Positions 14,274-26,867 of a stretch of 64,000 nt of DNA are shown one piece after another. The notes beneath the pieces were generated by a model. That model did not search any database. It had not been told where the DNA came from and worked only from the letters and a program-made list of their open reading frames with translations. Source of the stretch: Cyanophora paradoxa CCMP329 (taxonomy: Eukaryota > Plantae > Glaucophyta); NCBI GenBank assembly GCA_004431415.1, contig QPMI01000413.1:1-64000 (forward strand), written 5' to 3'. The number at the start of each line of letters is the position of its first letter. The first letter of the stretch is position 1. Made by a program: the position numbers and the translations under genes.

Positions 14274-15976
14274 TTGGCTCGCTGGCTACCGTATATATAG
14301 CGAGGAGCGAGTCCAGCCTAGCGAGTACACACGTAATATTTATTCGAGTTGATTGAACAAGAAGTTTCAATCTGCAAGCACAGGGACGGGGATATTCACT
14401 TTATCGAGGTCACTTTATCTGCGAAGACAAGTACATTATTATCCTCTGAGGCACTTTATCTTTTCTTTCAGGTGTTAACTCAAGTACATTGATTATCGGC
14501 GCACCCGAGGCGTCGAGGTCCATGGTGTCAGCGACGATCGCGAGCTGCTCTTCGGTGGGCAAGGGGATGTTGACGATGCGCTCCGCACTGGGACGCCGTG
14601 AACGCACGCATCGCGTGTTAAGCGAGCGTGCGCGCACTATCGAAAATCGTCTCCCGTCGCGACGCGTAGTGCATACATTCCGGCGCGCGTGCGTTGAGGA
14701 AATTCGCCAGTGATTATCCCAGTAACGCCTGCATGCGTGATCGGAGGTGGATGGATATGGGCAGAGACATTAGAATTAACTTACACGCAGTATGCGTGCT
14801 CTTGCCGGTTGCGCGAGCGGCGCGCTCGGACCGGTCGCAAGCAGATGGTGTATTTTTGATCTCGGTGGCGGCGACGGTTGAGACCGCCTCGGTGCTCGAT
14901 TGGAATGCCATGCTGCGCTCGCTTGAATATTTTGAGGCTGATGGGCGATGTGAGCCGTGACGGAGAGCACTGAACGCGTTTGAGACCGCAGTTCGGGCAG
15001 ACTAATTGCCGACCGCAAGTAACGTCTGTGAAGGAGAAATGATTTGAGGGGAGAAGTTCTGTTTCAGGTACGTAAGTACGGACTGTAGTCGCTGCAGTTA
15101 TTTCGGAGGGTGCTAGAGGGAAGGAGTGGATTAAGGGAATTTAAGCAGGAGAAGAATTAGGAATGGGTAGCGATTGAAAACATTATTGCGCAACTTTTCT
15201 CTACGGGAGTTATTGCGGTCTCGATAGCTGGCATCAGTTGCAGTATCCTTCGGAGTTAAGTTCGCGGCCGGTGCTGTTCTCGTTGAAATTTATCTGTGGC
15301 GCTTTCGAATCTCGCGCACCGATGCCATCGCTTATTTTTGGTTTTGTCGCGCGCGCCTCTGCGTGCAGAATATCGACATCATGTCTGCGAATGGGCTCGA
15401 CGGTGCGGCGTCCAGTACAGCTCTCCCGGCGCGGTTCTTCGCTGTCGAGTACGAAGACTCGCATGTACACGACGTCTATATCCCCTTTCGTTCGGCGCTC
15501 GATTCTTCGCGAGCGTACGTGCAGCGGCTGCGGAGGTGCTCGCACTCGGAATCACTAAATCGAGAGCCTCGGAGCATAATTAACGATATTGCACAGCGTT
15601 CCTGGCTCGCGCTATTTGGTGAGGCAGGCCAGTTGCAATAGCAACAGTCGTGGGAAATCTGGGTAGTTTTCGATGCTTAAAGCAAAGCGTTGCTGTCGGT
15701 CTCGCGCGCCATCTTGTCAAACCGATGTAAATATTCAGACGTTGGCGACGTAGTCATTGGCCCGCCATGCGTCTGACTGCGGGGCCATGTAATTAGGCGT
15801 CGGGATCTGTGAGCATGCAGCTAGCTAGCATGCGGGGAGTTTGACGCTCGCGCGAGGCGACGCGCGTGTTTTTTTTTCGAGTACGTGGCGCCACTTATTC
15901 GCGGAGAATCGGGTATGCGCTAATGTTCTAACCGCTCGACCTGTTGTAATTTTCCTCACCACGGCTTGGCTTTCAG

Positions 15977-16928
15977 TTGGTCAAGTGCACTTTCTACAAC
16001 GCCGTGATGGACAACGACAATCCCGTTCCGGCTGCGACCTTCGTCTGCGATGCAAAGACCAAGATTCTTCTGTACAGCGTCGGTCGCGCGGATATCAAAC
16101 AGGTGAGAAGCTTGAAGATTTCATTTTTTGGGCGAAATTGACGTATTTTTTTTGGTGCAGGGGGCCATCGACATTCTGTCGCGGTTCCACCGCGCCAGGA
16201 CCTGCGAGAACGTGCCTTACGGCTTCCGCGCCGGCGAGACTTTCCACTCGGGCGCGAAGGAGATACGGCACCCGGCGCTGATCGGTGTGCTAGAGTCGTG
16301 AGGCCTTTTGTTTTCATTTTCCTGACGGACCTTCTTTGCAGTCGTCTCTGGCGTGCTGATGGGGCCGTCGGGCCACGGTGACAAGATCGCCGCGAAGGAC
16401 GTCTTCGGGTACCATCTTGCAATTGAGCGTTAGACTTCTATTTTTCCTCTGCCTGAATCGCGTATTGCTTTCAGGGATGACCGCGACCTCGCCGTGCGGG
16501 CCATGAGCCCGGACGACGAGGCTATCATTGCTGTCGGCCGACAGATGGAGCCGCCGAAAACTGGCCGCGAGGTGGCGGACATGCTTAACGCCGAGTTGCG
16601 GGTGCTCGTGTGCGCGCTGTCTCCGCTGCCGCCGTGACTGTTTTGCGTCGCAGGCGGAGGGGACGCCTTTCCGGGCGACCCTGCTGCAGTTCACGGCCAC
16701 GCAGGGCGGCAGCCACCCGGTCTCGTACCTGGTCACTGACGTGAGCACGTTCGAGTTTGGCGCGTTCATGCTGACCGTCGACGAGATCCGCGAGATTGCG
16801 GACGAGTGCGCCTGCTGAATTTTGTGATCTGCAGTGCTCTCGAATTTACGCGATTTCGGAGCAGGATGCGTGCGCACAACGTCGTCCTGCCGGCCCGCCT
16901 CGCCGGCCTCATTGCGGGCCAGGAGTGA
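15977..16928 (+). CDS. Spliced gene of unknown function (5' end probably further upstream)
   Basis: Exons join in frame (LVKCTFYNAVMDNDNPVPAATF...DIKQ/GAIDILSRF...PALI/VVSGVLMG...) across GT-AG introns 16103-16160 (58 nt) and 16285-16341 (57 nt) with pyrimidine tracts. Later junctions are less clean. Confidence 0.5.
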
Positions 16929-17409
16929 AGAGGTGAATTGCCGGCCAGATTCGCTTTTCTATTGCGACTCGAATGTGTTTTTTTATTCTAATTGCAAGCT
17001 GCAGAGCCGTGCATGTTTCCGGATCTTTCTGGACAACTTTGCATGCGAGCGAGACGATGGAAGTTTAATTTAATAAAAAGGGCCATGTAGTTTAGGTGCA
17101 TCCGTTGGCGCTGATAAATGTGGCAGTGCTTGTGTCAACGTCGAGTGCATGGTGTGCAATTCGTTCTGTACATACGTGTAGTGTAAAAAATGGCCCTGTA
17201 TTTTATATTGCGCAATTGGGTTTGGTTCGACGCAAAGGGTTGCGAATATTCATGCTTGCTATATCTGCGGTAACTGAGGGCTAGCAAACTTGAATCTGCA
17301 AGGGCACGCTCGAAAGCTATCTACAAAGTTCGAGAGTATGAGCGGGCAGCCAGGTTGTATACACGACCAGGTCCCTTCATGGCACAACTCGTTTAGGGAT
17401 CGGCGGGAG

Positions 17410-18010
17410 AAACGGGGAGATCGGCGGGGGGCGGGGCAGGGCGGGCGGGCGAGCTGACGAGGCTAGGGACGGTGGGAGACCTGAAGGGCGCCAGTCAGCG
17501 CGGAGCGCGGGCGGCGGGGGCGGCCCGGAAGGCTCACGGGGAAAACGACACGATGGAGGCGCCGGACGCTGGCCGCTTCGACTGACAAGCGTGGCGGCCT
17601 GCGGAGAGACGGGGGATCGGCGCGAGACGGGAGGCAGGGCGGGCGGGCGAGCTGACGAGGCTAGGGACAACGGCAGGCCTGGAGGGCGCCAGTCGGCCAA
17701 GAACGCAGGTGGCGGGGGCGGCAGGGATGCCGGCCGCTTCGAGGGGAAGGCGCACGGGTGAGCTGACGAGGCTAGGGACGGCGGGAGTCGTGAAGGGCGC
17801 CAGTCAGCAGGGAACGCGGGGGGCGGGGGCGGGCCGGGAGGCTCACGGGGAAAACGACTCGATGGAGGCGCCGGACGCCGGCCGCTTCGACTGACCAGCG
17901 CGGCGGCCTGCACAGAGATGGAGAGATCAGCGGGGGGCGGGAGGGGAGGGACGGCAAGCAAGCTGACGATGCTATTAACGATGGGTGGCCTGGAGGACGC
18001 CAGTCAGCGG
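17410..18010. repeat. Degenerate GC-rich tandem repeat downstream of the helicase fragment
   Basis: GAGCTGACGAGGCTAGGGAC at 17451, 17649 and 17760; GGCTCACGGGGAAAACGAC at ~17531 and ~17840. Confidence 0.7.
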
Positions 18011-18156
18011 GGGGTGGGTTGGACGAATATCTATCTAGGAAGTCCGGCTGCATGTACATCCAGGTCCCGGTGATGGAGGGCGTTATTTTAGATCTGCACG
18101 AAAACACGTTAATTGCACTCATTATTGTAATAAACCATGTGCGTGAAGTAACGCAC

Positions 18157-19840
18157 TCAACGCTTGTGTGCCGCCGCGGAAACCCGCTTCGGCATCGTGT
18201 CGACGAATCGCGTGTTCTTGAAATCGGCCTCCGCCTTCTCGAACTCGCGCTGGAACTGTTCGACTTGGCCCCAGTCGCCGGGCTCGCATTCCGTGGGGAC
18301 GGCGTTGACGAGTCGCTGACCGTGCGGCGCGGTGCTGTCCTCGATCCAGCGCAGGTACTGGAGCTTGTGGCCCCACATTGTTGCGTGCATTGCCGGATCG
18401 TCTTGCCGGAGCCTCGCAAATTCTGCGCTCTCGGCCTTCTGGTCCTTGATGGCGGCTTGCAGGTCGGGGTTGACGTTCTGAATCACGTGCAGCAGCTCGT
18501 ACCGTTGCAGGAGCAAGGCGTTCGCGATGAAGAAGTGCGCTCCCTCGCGCGGGCGGCTGAGCATGACGTACAGCTGCTGTCGGTGTGTGTAGTCCCTGCT
18601 GTTCATGCCCCGCACGTCGGCGATGGCGCGCTTCAGGGTGTGCCCTTGAGCCTTGTAGACCGTCGTGCCGTAGGCGACGCGGAACGGCGGTCCTATCCTG
18701 ACGTTGTGCGTGCCTCCTGCCCCGCCAGCGATTTCGTCCTCGTGGTCTGCGCAACGTGACCGTAGTCAATCTCGAGAGGGAAGCGCGTGTGCATTCACGA
18801 TCGTGCTGACAAATGCAGCGGCTCACCAGCATTTCTGGGCTCGACGTTGATTTCGACGGCGTCGACGATTCGACCGTCGGGGAGCTGGCAGCGTTCCGTG
18901 ATTGCACGCCGGCCGACGCGGTCATCGTGGAAGTAGATGTAGTACGTCATGGGGGGCATGAGGTGCGGATGCGGGAGCTGCTCCACCTTCACCTCTATGC
19001 TCTGTTTCTTCTGCCTCGTCGCTGCCGCTGCGGCCCGTACAATGTTGTCCTTGCTGACCTTTGGCTTGCTCTTCTTCCGGTCTGAAGGTCCTGGCTCGGG
19101 CTCGGGTTCGGGTTCGGGTTCCGGCTCGGGCTTGGGGCCACGGTCCGCAGTGTCGAGCTCGTGCTGGACGAGATCCGGTGCAGCGTGTTCGAGCACGAGC
19201 GGCGTGTCCGGTGTGAACTCCGTCGCGTGCTGACTGATGTAGTCGGGCGTCTCCGTGTGGTCTCGCCATTTGTAACCGGCAAGCAGTCCGATGGCGCCGT
19301 TGACGAGGCCGTCGTCTGTGTCGCGGTTCTGTCTAAGCATGACCTTGATGCCCCCCGTCACCATGACCTTGTGGGGGATGCTTCCTTGCTCGTTCGTGCA
19401 TGGGATCCTCTCGCCGTACGCGTCCACGCTCTCGCACTTCTTGATGTGCTCGCGCGGATGCGTGTCCTTGGCGACGATCTTGAGGACAGGGTCGCGGTAC
19501 TGGGCGTGGTGCCGTCGGATCATCGCGTCGTTGTGCTGCTCTGCGAGCTTGTTCGTGAGGAACATGTGGTACGCTTCGTCCCACGTGGGGTCTTGGTTCT
19601 TGGTCAGCGTGTTGTGGATGGCATTCTCGTTGTCGTCGCCGAGATCGTTGTTGAGGTCCAGGCACCGGCGGAGAAGGTAGTGGTAGACGTCGTCGACGTG
19701 GTCCGGATCCCCGTCTCGAAACCAGTTGAGGATTTGGCCAAGTTCTGGATCCGCCAGGTGCCGCATCGACGAGGGCAGGACGTGAGCCGTGAAGTAGCTG
19801 AGGAAGGTGTGCAGGTTCGGCGTGTGCCACTTGACGTCAT
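18157..19840 (-). pseudogene. PIF1-family (SF1B) helicase, C-terminal half of a Helitron-type RepHel; 5'-truncated by satellite
   Basis: MRHLADPELGQILNWFRDG (motif IV), FLTNKLAEQHN, KVMLRQNRDTDDGLVNGAIG (PIF1 signature). After an 80-nt GT-AG intron (18826-18747): PFRVAYGTTVYKAQGHTL (motif V) and QQLYVMLSR (motif VI). Walker A and B are absent. Confidence 0.85.
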
Positions 19841-19844
19841 TCTG

Positions 19845-22800
19845 CAGAGCTTACGAATCGCTTAAACAGAACCTCGAATGCATACGGCTCGGTTCTCGTG
19901 CCCTGTCGCGCCCGCAGACCTCGCGAAAACCTTTAAAAAGATCTGAAGTGAATACTGTAGCGATGGGCATGCATGGGTGAGGATGCGGCATTCATTTATC
20001 GTTGGTTGTATTCTACAAATCATAAAGACATTGCTAAAGGCTTTGTAGAGGTCTCAAAGGAATACTGTAGCGATGGGCATGGGTGAGGACGCGAGGGCGC
20101 GCGGAAAGGTCTCCAGGTCCGTGAAGGATCGAATTTTCGGGGTCGGCTGGATCCTCGCGGCCTGGCGCATCTGCAAAGCATGCGGAACGCTTCTTCTACA
20201 TCTCAAATGCGTATGCTATTGTTCCGCGCATGCGCCGCGGCGTGGGCGCTCGGAAATATGTGCTGGCCTGGCCAGGATCGAATTTTTGCGTCGGCTGGGT
20301 TCTCGCGCCCTGTTGCGCCCTGTTTAAAAGATCTCAAATGAATATACTGGGGATGCGCATGCATGAGGGCGCGAGGGCGCGCGGAAAGATGTTCAGGTCC
20401 GTCCAGGATCGAATTTTCGGGTTGGCTGGGTCCTCGCGGCCCGGCACATCTGTAAAGCGTGCGAAACGCTTGCTCTACATCTCACATGCTTATGCTATTG
20501 TTCCGCGCATAGGCCGCGGCGTGGGCGCGCCGAAAGATGTCCGGGCCCGTGCAGGATCGAATTTTCGACGTCGGCTGGGTTCTGGTGCTCTTTCGCGTCT
20601 TCGAAGCTTGTGGAAGGCTTTGATAAAATCTCAAATGAATATTGTAGCGATGCGCATGCGCGAGAACGCGAGGGCGCGCGGAAAGTTGTTCAGGTCCGAA
20701 GAGGACCGAATTTTCATAGTTGGTGGGTCCTCGCGGCCTGGTGCATTTAGAGACCGTGCGGAAGTCTTCTTCTACATCTCAAATGCTTATGCTATTGTTC
20801 CGCGCATGCGCCGCGGCGTGGGCGCGCGGAAAGATGTCCGGGCCTGTTCAGGATCGAATTTTTGCCGTCGGGTACCTTCTTGCGCTATTCCGGCTCCGAA
20901 AAGCGGATTTCGGGGGTGCGGAGGCGCTGCTATGTCTATGCGCGCTAGTACGCATCGATTGCGCGCGTCGCGGGACCGGGCGGAACCGGCCGGATCAAAT
21001 TTTCGGCCGACTGTTCGCACTGGAGCGCCGACGGCGCTTGAAATCGAGCTTGCGGCGATGCGCTCGCCGTCGCGCGTCATTCTTTATCGTTCTGGGGTCT
21101 CTCTGGCGCGATTTCGTCGCGGGACCGGGCGGGACCGGGTCCCACCTTCTGACCTGGACTGTGTTTGTCGGAGGTTAAGTACCGGAATTGATCCAGAGGA
21201 AAATTGAATATTCGCCCGACGCCCACGGGGGAGCGGTCGTCTTAGGGGAGCCAGGACGCTAAAAATGGATTTAGAGAGGTCTGTGGGGGTTCGGGTGGCT
21301 GTGTGACTAGCAGCAATCGCGTCCGTGTCGAGGCAGAATTAATAATTCTGCCTCGAGGGAGTGCGTCCGCGCATAGGCCGCGGCGTGGGCGCGCCGAAAG
21401 ATGTCCGGGCCCGTGCAGGATCGAATTTTCGACGTCGGCTGGGTTCTGGTGCTTTTTCGCGTCTTCGAAGCTTGTGGAAGGCTTTGATAAAATCTCAAAT
21501 GAATATTGTAGCGATGCGCATGCGCGAGAACGCGAGGGCGCGCGGAAAGTTGTTCAGGTCCGAAGAGGACCGAATTTTCATAGTTGGTGGGTCCTCGCGG
21601 CCTGGTGCATTTAGAGACCGTGCGGAAGTCTTCTTCTACATCTCAAATGCTTATGCTATTGTTCCGCGCATGCGCCGCGGCGTGGGCGCGCGGAAAGATG
21701 TCCGGGCCTGTTCAGGATCGAATTTTTGCCGTCGGGTACCTTCCTGCACTATTCCGGCTCCGAAAAGCGGATTTCGGGGGTGCGCAGGCCCTGCTATGTC
21801 TATGCGCGCCAGTACGCATCGATCGCGCGCGTCGCGGGACCGGGCCGGACCGGCCGGATCAAATTTTCGGCCGACTCTTCGCACTGGAGCGTCGACAGCG
21901 CCCGAAATCGATCTTGCGGCGATGCGTTCGCCCTCGCGCGTCATTCTGTTTCGTTCTGGGGCGTCGCTGGCGCGGTTTCGTCGCGGGACCGGGCGGGACC
22001 GGGTCCCACCTTCTGACCTGGACTGTGTTTGTCGGAGGTTAAGTACCGGAATTGATCCAGAGGAAAATTGAATATTCGCCCGACGCCCACGGGGGAGCGG
22101 TCGTCTTAGGGGAGCCAGGACGCTAAAAATGGATCTAGAGAGGTCTGTGGGGGTTCGGGTGGCTGTGTGACTAGCAGCAATCGCGTCCGTGTCGAGGCAG
22201 AATTAATAATTCTGCCTCGAGGGAGTGCGATACGGAAATTATTTAACAGGGGGGATCTCGAGTGGAAAAAAAGGTTAAAAAAGGAATTTAGATCGTCGGT
22301 TTTTGGGTTTGAGACAAGATCCGTGCTCCTGCGGAGCACTAAGTACGGCGAAGCCTCGCGGACGCCCTCGCGGCTGGCACAGTAGGCCTATAGGGCACTG
22401 GCCAGCGGCCTGGCCGATCGCGAACAGCTTTCTGGCTGGACTCGGAAGCTGGCTGGCTGACGGCCAGTCCAGCTAGCGCTGGCCGGCTAGAGGAATATTA
22501 ATGTACTGAGGAAATAAAGGGTGGAGCAGATTGAGAGGAGATTAATTATATAATATTGTTGGGAAGGAGGCCCGGGAGGGGCGAGGTTCTCGCGGCCAGG
22601 CGCATGCACAGAGCTTGCGAATCGCTTAAACAGAATCTCGAACGCATATAGCACCGATGTGCAGGGCTGCGGAGGCGAGGGCGCGCAGAAATATGTGCAG
22701 GTCTGTCCAGGATCGCAAATTTGGCGTCGGTTGGGTTTTCGTGCTTTGTCGCGGCCACAGAGGTCGCGGAAGTCTTCGTTTAGATCTCAAATGAATACTG

Positions 22801-25800
22801 TAGCGATGGGCATGCGTGGGGATGCGAGGGCGCGCGGAAAGATGCACATGTCCGTCCAGGATCGAATTTTCGGGGTGGGCTGGGTCCTCGCGGCCCGGCG
22901 CATACGCAAAGCGTGCGGAAGTCTTCTTCTACATCTCAAATGCTTATACTATTGTTCCGTGCATGCGCCGCGGCGCGGGCGCGCGGAAAGCTGTGCAGGC
23001 CCGTTCAGGATCGAATTTTTGCGTCGGCTGGGTTCTCGCGCCCTGTCGCGCCTGCAGAGCTTGCGAAAAGCTTTAAAAAGAAGTCAACTGAAAATTGTAG
23101 CGATGCGCTCGCGTGAGGGTGCGAGGGCGCGCGGAAAGTTGTGCAGGTCCGTCCAGGATCGAATTTTCGGGGTGGGCTGGGTCCTCGCGGCCCGGCGCAT
23201 ACGCAAAGCGTGCGGAAGGCTTCTTCTACATCTCAAATGCTTATACTATTGTTCCGCGCATGCGCCGCGGCGTTGGCGCGCGGAAAGATGTCGACGTCCA
23301 GGCCTGTGAAGGATCGAATTTTTGATGTCCGGTACCTTCTTGCGCTATTCCGGCTCCGAAAAGCGGATTTCGGGGGTGCGGAGGCGCTGCTATGTCTATG
23401 CGCGCTAGTACGCATCGATTGCGCGCGTCGCGGGACCGGGCGGAACCGGCCGGATCAAATTTTCGGCCGACTGTTCGCACTGGAGCGCCGACGGCGCTTG
23501 AAATCGAGCTTGCGGCGATGCGCTCGCCGTCGCGCGTCATTCTTTATCGTTCTGGGGTCTCTCTGGCGCGATTTCGTCGCGGGACCGGGCGGGACCGGGT
23601 CCCACCTTCTGACTCGGACTGCATTTGTCGGAGGTTAAGTACCGGAATTGATCCAGAGGGAAATTCGATTTCGCGCGACGCCCACGGGCGAGCGGTCGTC
23701 TTAGGGGAGCCAGGACGCTAAAAATGGATCTAGAGAGGTCTGTGGGGGTTCGGGTGGCTGAGTGACTAGCGGCAATCGCGTCCGTGTCGAGGCAGAATTA
23801 ATAATTCTGCCTCGAGGGAGTGCGACACGGAAATTATTTGGCAGGGGGGATCTCGAGTGGAAAAAAAGGTTAAAAAAGGAATATGGGTCGGCGGTTTTTG
23901 GTTTTGAGAAAGAGGCTTCGCCTGAAAGAGGCTTCGCCTGAAAGAGGCTTCGCCTGAAGAGGCTTCGCCCGACAAGCCCTGGGCTGCGGGTCCCAAACAT
24001 CGGGCGAAGCCCTTGCCGCCCCCTTGGCGTCCCCCTTGTTCTTCGCGGCCCGTCGCGGCCCCACCCGTATTTATTTCATGAGTCGCCGCGGTCCCCGTCC
24101 CGGTCCCCTTATTTATCGCGGGCCGTCCTGGCTGTGGCTGGGCCGGGTGGCCCAGTGGGGGGTAGGGTGGGGCCTGGCGGGGCGATGAAATTAAAGGGGA
24201 GGGGAGGGATCCTGAGAGGGAATATAATTCGGGGAGGAGTTGTCCTGAGAGGAGTTGTACGTGCTCAGAGAATATAATTATGTAGTTAGGGGAATCATTG
24301 AATTAATATTGCTGGGGCTGAGAGAATATAATGAGGGGAGGGATGGTGCTGCCAATCAGCTAGCTGTAGTCGACCTGGAGGCGCTGAGGAAATTGACAGG
24401 AGAGTGTTGAGGGGAGGATGGAGAATCTCGCGGCCAGGCGCATGCGTAGAGCTTGTGAATCGCTTAAACAGAATCTCGAATGCGCTCTCTATCGATGTGC
24501 AGGGCTACGGAGGCGAGGGCGCGCGAAAATACATGCAGGCCTGTCCAGGATCGAAAATTTGGCGTCGGCTGGGTTCTCGTGCTCCGTCGCATCCGCACAG
24601 CTTGCGAAACGCTTTGAAATGATGTTAAATAAATACTGTAGCGATGGGCATGGGTGAGGACGCGAGGGCGCGCGGAAAGATGCTCAGGCCCGTCGAGGAT
24701 CGAATTTTGGGGGTCGGCTGGGTCCTCGCGGTCCGGCGCATCTGTAAAGCGTGCAAAAGGCTTCGTCTACATCTCAAATGCTTATACTATTGTTCTGCGC
24801 ATGCGCCGCGGCGTGGGCGCGGGGAAAGATGTCCGGGGCTGGGCAGGATCGAATGTTTGCCGCCGGGCACCTTGCTGCGCTGTTCCGGCTCCGAAAAGCG
24901 GATATCTGGAGTGCGCAGGCCCTCCTATGTCTATGCGCGCCAGTACGCATCGATTGCGCGCGCCGGGGGACCGGACGGAACCGAATGGATCAAAATTTCG
25001 GCCGACTCTTCGGACTGGAGCGTCGACGGCGCCCGAAATCGAGCTTGCAGCGGTGCGCGCGCCCTGCTCTGTCATTCTGCATTGCTCTGGGGCGTCTGTG
25101 GCGGGCTTTCGTCGCGGGTTTGGGCGGGACCGGGTCCCACTTTTTGGAGTTTCGCGATCGAACCGTGGTATAAATACCGGAATCGATCCGTCATGGAAAT
25201 GCGATTTTCGCGCGACGCCAATGGGAGAGCGGTCGTCTTGAGCAAATTCTAGGGGAGCTATGACTCCGAAAATAAATCAGTGGAGGTTGGCCGCCCGAAA
25301 GTTCTACTGTGTGACGTCGGAGACCGTTCGCCTTGCGGAGGTTGCGAATCTGGACGCTCGGACGAATCATAGAGCGGTGGAAAAAAAATAGATGGGGCCG
25401 TTCACCATCGACCTACGGACAAGCCCTGGGCCCCTGCGGGTCCCAAACATCGGGCGAAGCCCTTGCCGCCCCCTTTGCGCCCCCCTTTTGCATCGCGACC
25501 CGTCGCGGCCCGCCCCTCGCCATGCCCTATTTAAATCATGAGTCGCTGCGGTCCCCGTCCTGGTCCCCTTATTTATCGCCGCGGTCCCCGTCCTGGTCCC
25601 CTTATTTATCGCGATCGTGTGCTGTCGTGGCTCTCAGTGGCGGGCCTGACAGGAGTTGTCCTGAGAGAATATAATTCTGTAATACGGAGAATTGGTGCAG
25701 CTGAGAGAGAATATAATGAGGGGAGGAGTGGTCCTGCCAATCAGCTATAGCTAGCTGTAGTTGAGCTCGAGGCCCTGAGGAAATTGAGAGAAGATTGTTG

Positions 25801-26850
25801 AGGGAAGGGGCGAGGTTCTCGCGGCCAGGCGCATGCACAGAGCTTATGAATCGTTTAAACAGATTCTCGGATACATACATGATCGATGTACATGTCCAGG
25901 GCTGCGGAGGCGAGGGCGCGCGGAAATACATGCAGGCCTGTCCAGGATCGAAATTTTCGTGTCGACTGGGTTCTCGTGCTTCGTCGCGTCCGCAGAGCTT
26001 GGAGAAGGCTTTGAAAAGATGTTAAATGAATACTGTAGCGATGGGCATGCGTGGGGCTGCGAGGGCGCGCGAAAAGATGTGCAGGTTCGTGCAGGATCGA
26101 ATTTTCGGGGTCGGCTGGGTCCTCGCGGCCCGGCGCATTTGGAGCCCGTGCAAAAGGCTTCGTCTACATCTCGAATGCATATGCTATTGTTCCGCGCATG
26201 CGCCGCGGCGTCGGCGCGCGGAAAGTTGCCCGGGACTGTGCAGGATCGAATTTTTGCCGCTGGGTACCTTCCTGCACTGTTCCGGCTCCGAGAAGCGGAT
26301 TCCTGGAGTGCGCAGGCCGTGCTATGTCTATGCGCGCGAGAACGCATCGATTGCGCGCGTCGTGGGACCGGGCGGGATCGGCTGGGTCGAAATTTCGGCC
26401 GACTCTTCGCACTGGAGCATCGACGGCGGCCGAAATCGAGCTCATGGTGATGTGCGCGCCCTAATCTGTAACTCTGCATCGCTCTGGGGCGTCTATGGCG
26501 GCCTTTCGTCGCGGGACCGGGCGGGACCGGTTCCCACTTTTTGGGGTTTCGCGATCGAGCCGGGGTATAAATACCGGAATTGATCCGTGAGGGAAATGCG
26601 ATTTTCGCGCGACGCTCACGGGCGGAATTTTAGGGGAGCTATGACTGCGAAAATAAATCAGTGGAGGTTGGCCGCCTGTCAGTTCTACTGTGTCACGTCG
26701 GAGACCGTTCGCCTTCATTGCGGAGGTTGCGACTCTGGACGCTCGGACCAATCGGACTCGAGTGGAAAAAAAATAGATCCGCCCGTTCACCATTGACATT
26801 CGGAAGAGGCTTCGCCCGAAGAGGCTTCGCCCGAAGAGGCTTCGCCCGAA
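19845..26850. repeat. Complex modular macrosatellite (array 2), same family as array 1
   Basis: Same modules as array 1. Contains an 864-bp tandem duplication, 20502-21365 / 21366-22229. Confidence 0.95.
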
Positions 26851-26867
26851 ATTGGCAGGGCTAATAG

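Noticed and set aside
413-14300. Dozens of overlapping Arg/Ala/Gly-rich ORFs in the satellite (also 20073-26864)
   Set aside because: They recur in all frames, break differently between copies and have no domain motifs; they are products of GC-rich repeats.
14410-15700. Possible Helentron AP-endonuclease exons (RHDVDILHAE)
   Set aside because: Only one weak motif; GDFN and SDH motifs were not found.
1-26850. CRISPR-like or integron-like reading of the repeats
   Set aside because: The sequences between repeats are homologous to each other rather than unique spacers, there are no cas or integrase genes, and the context is eukaryotic.
1-26850. rDNA, 5S or tRNA tandem array
   Set aside because: No recognisable rRNA, tRNA or snRNA sequence in the unit.
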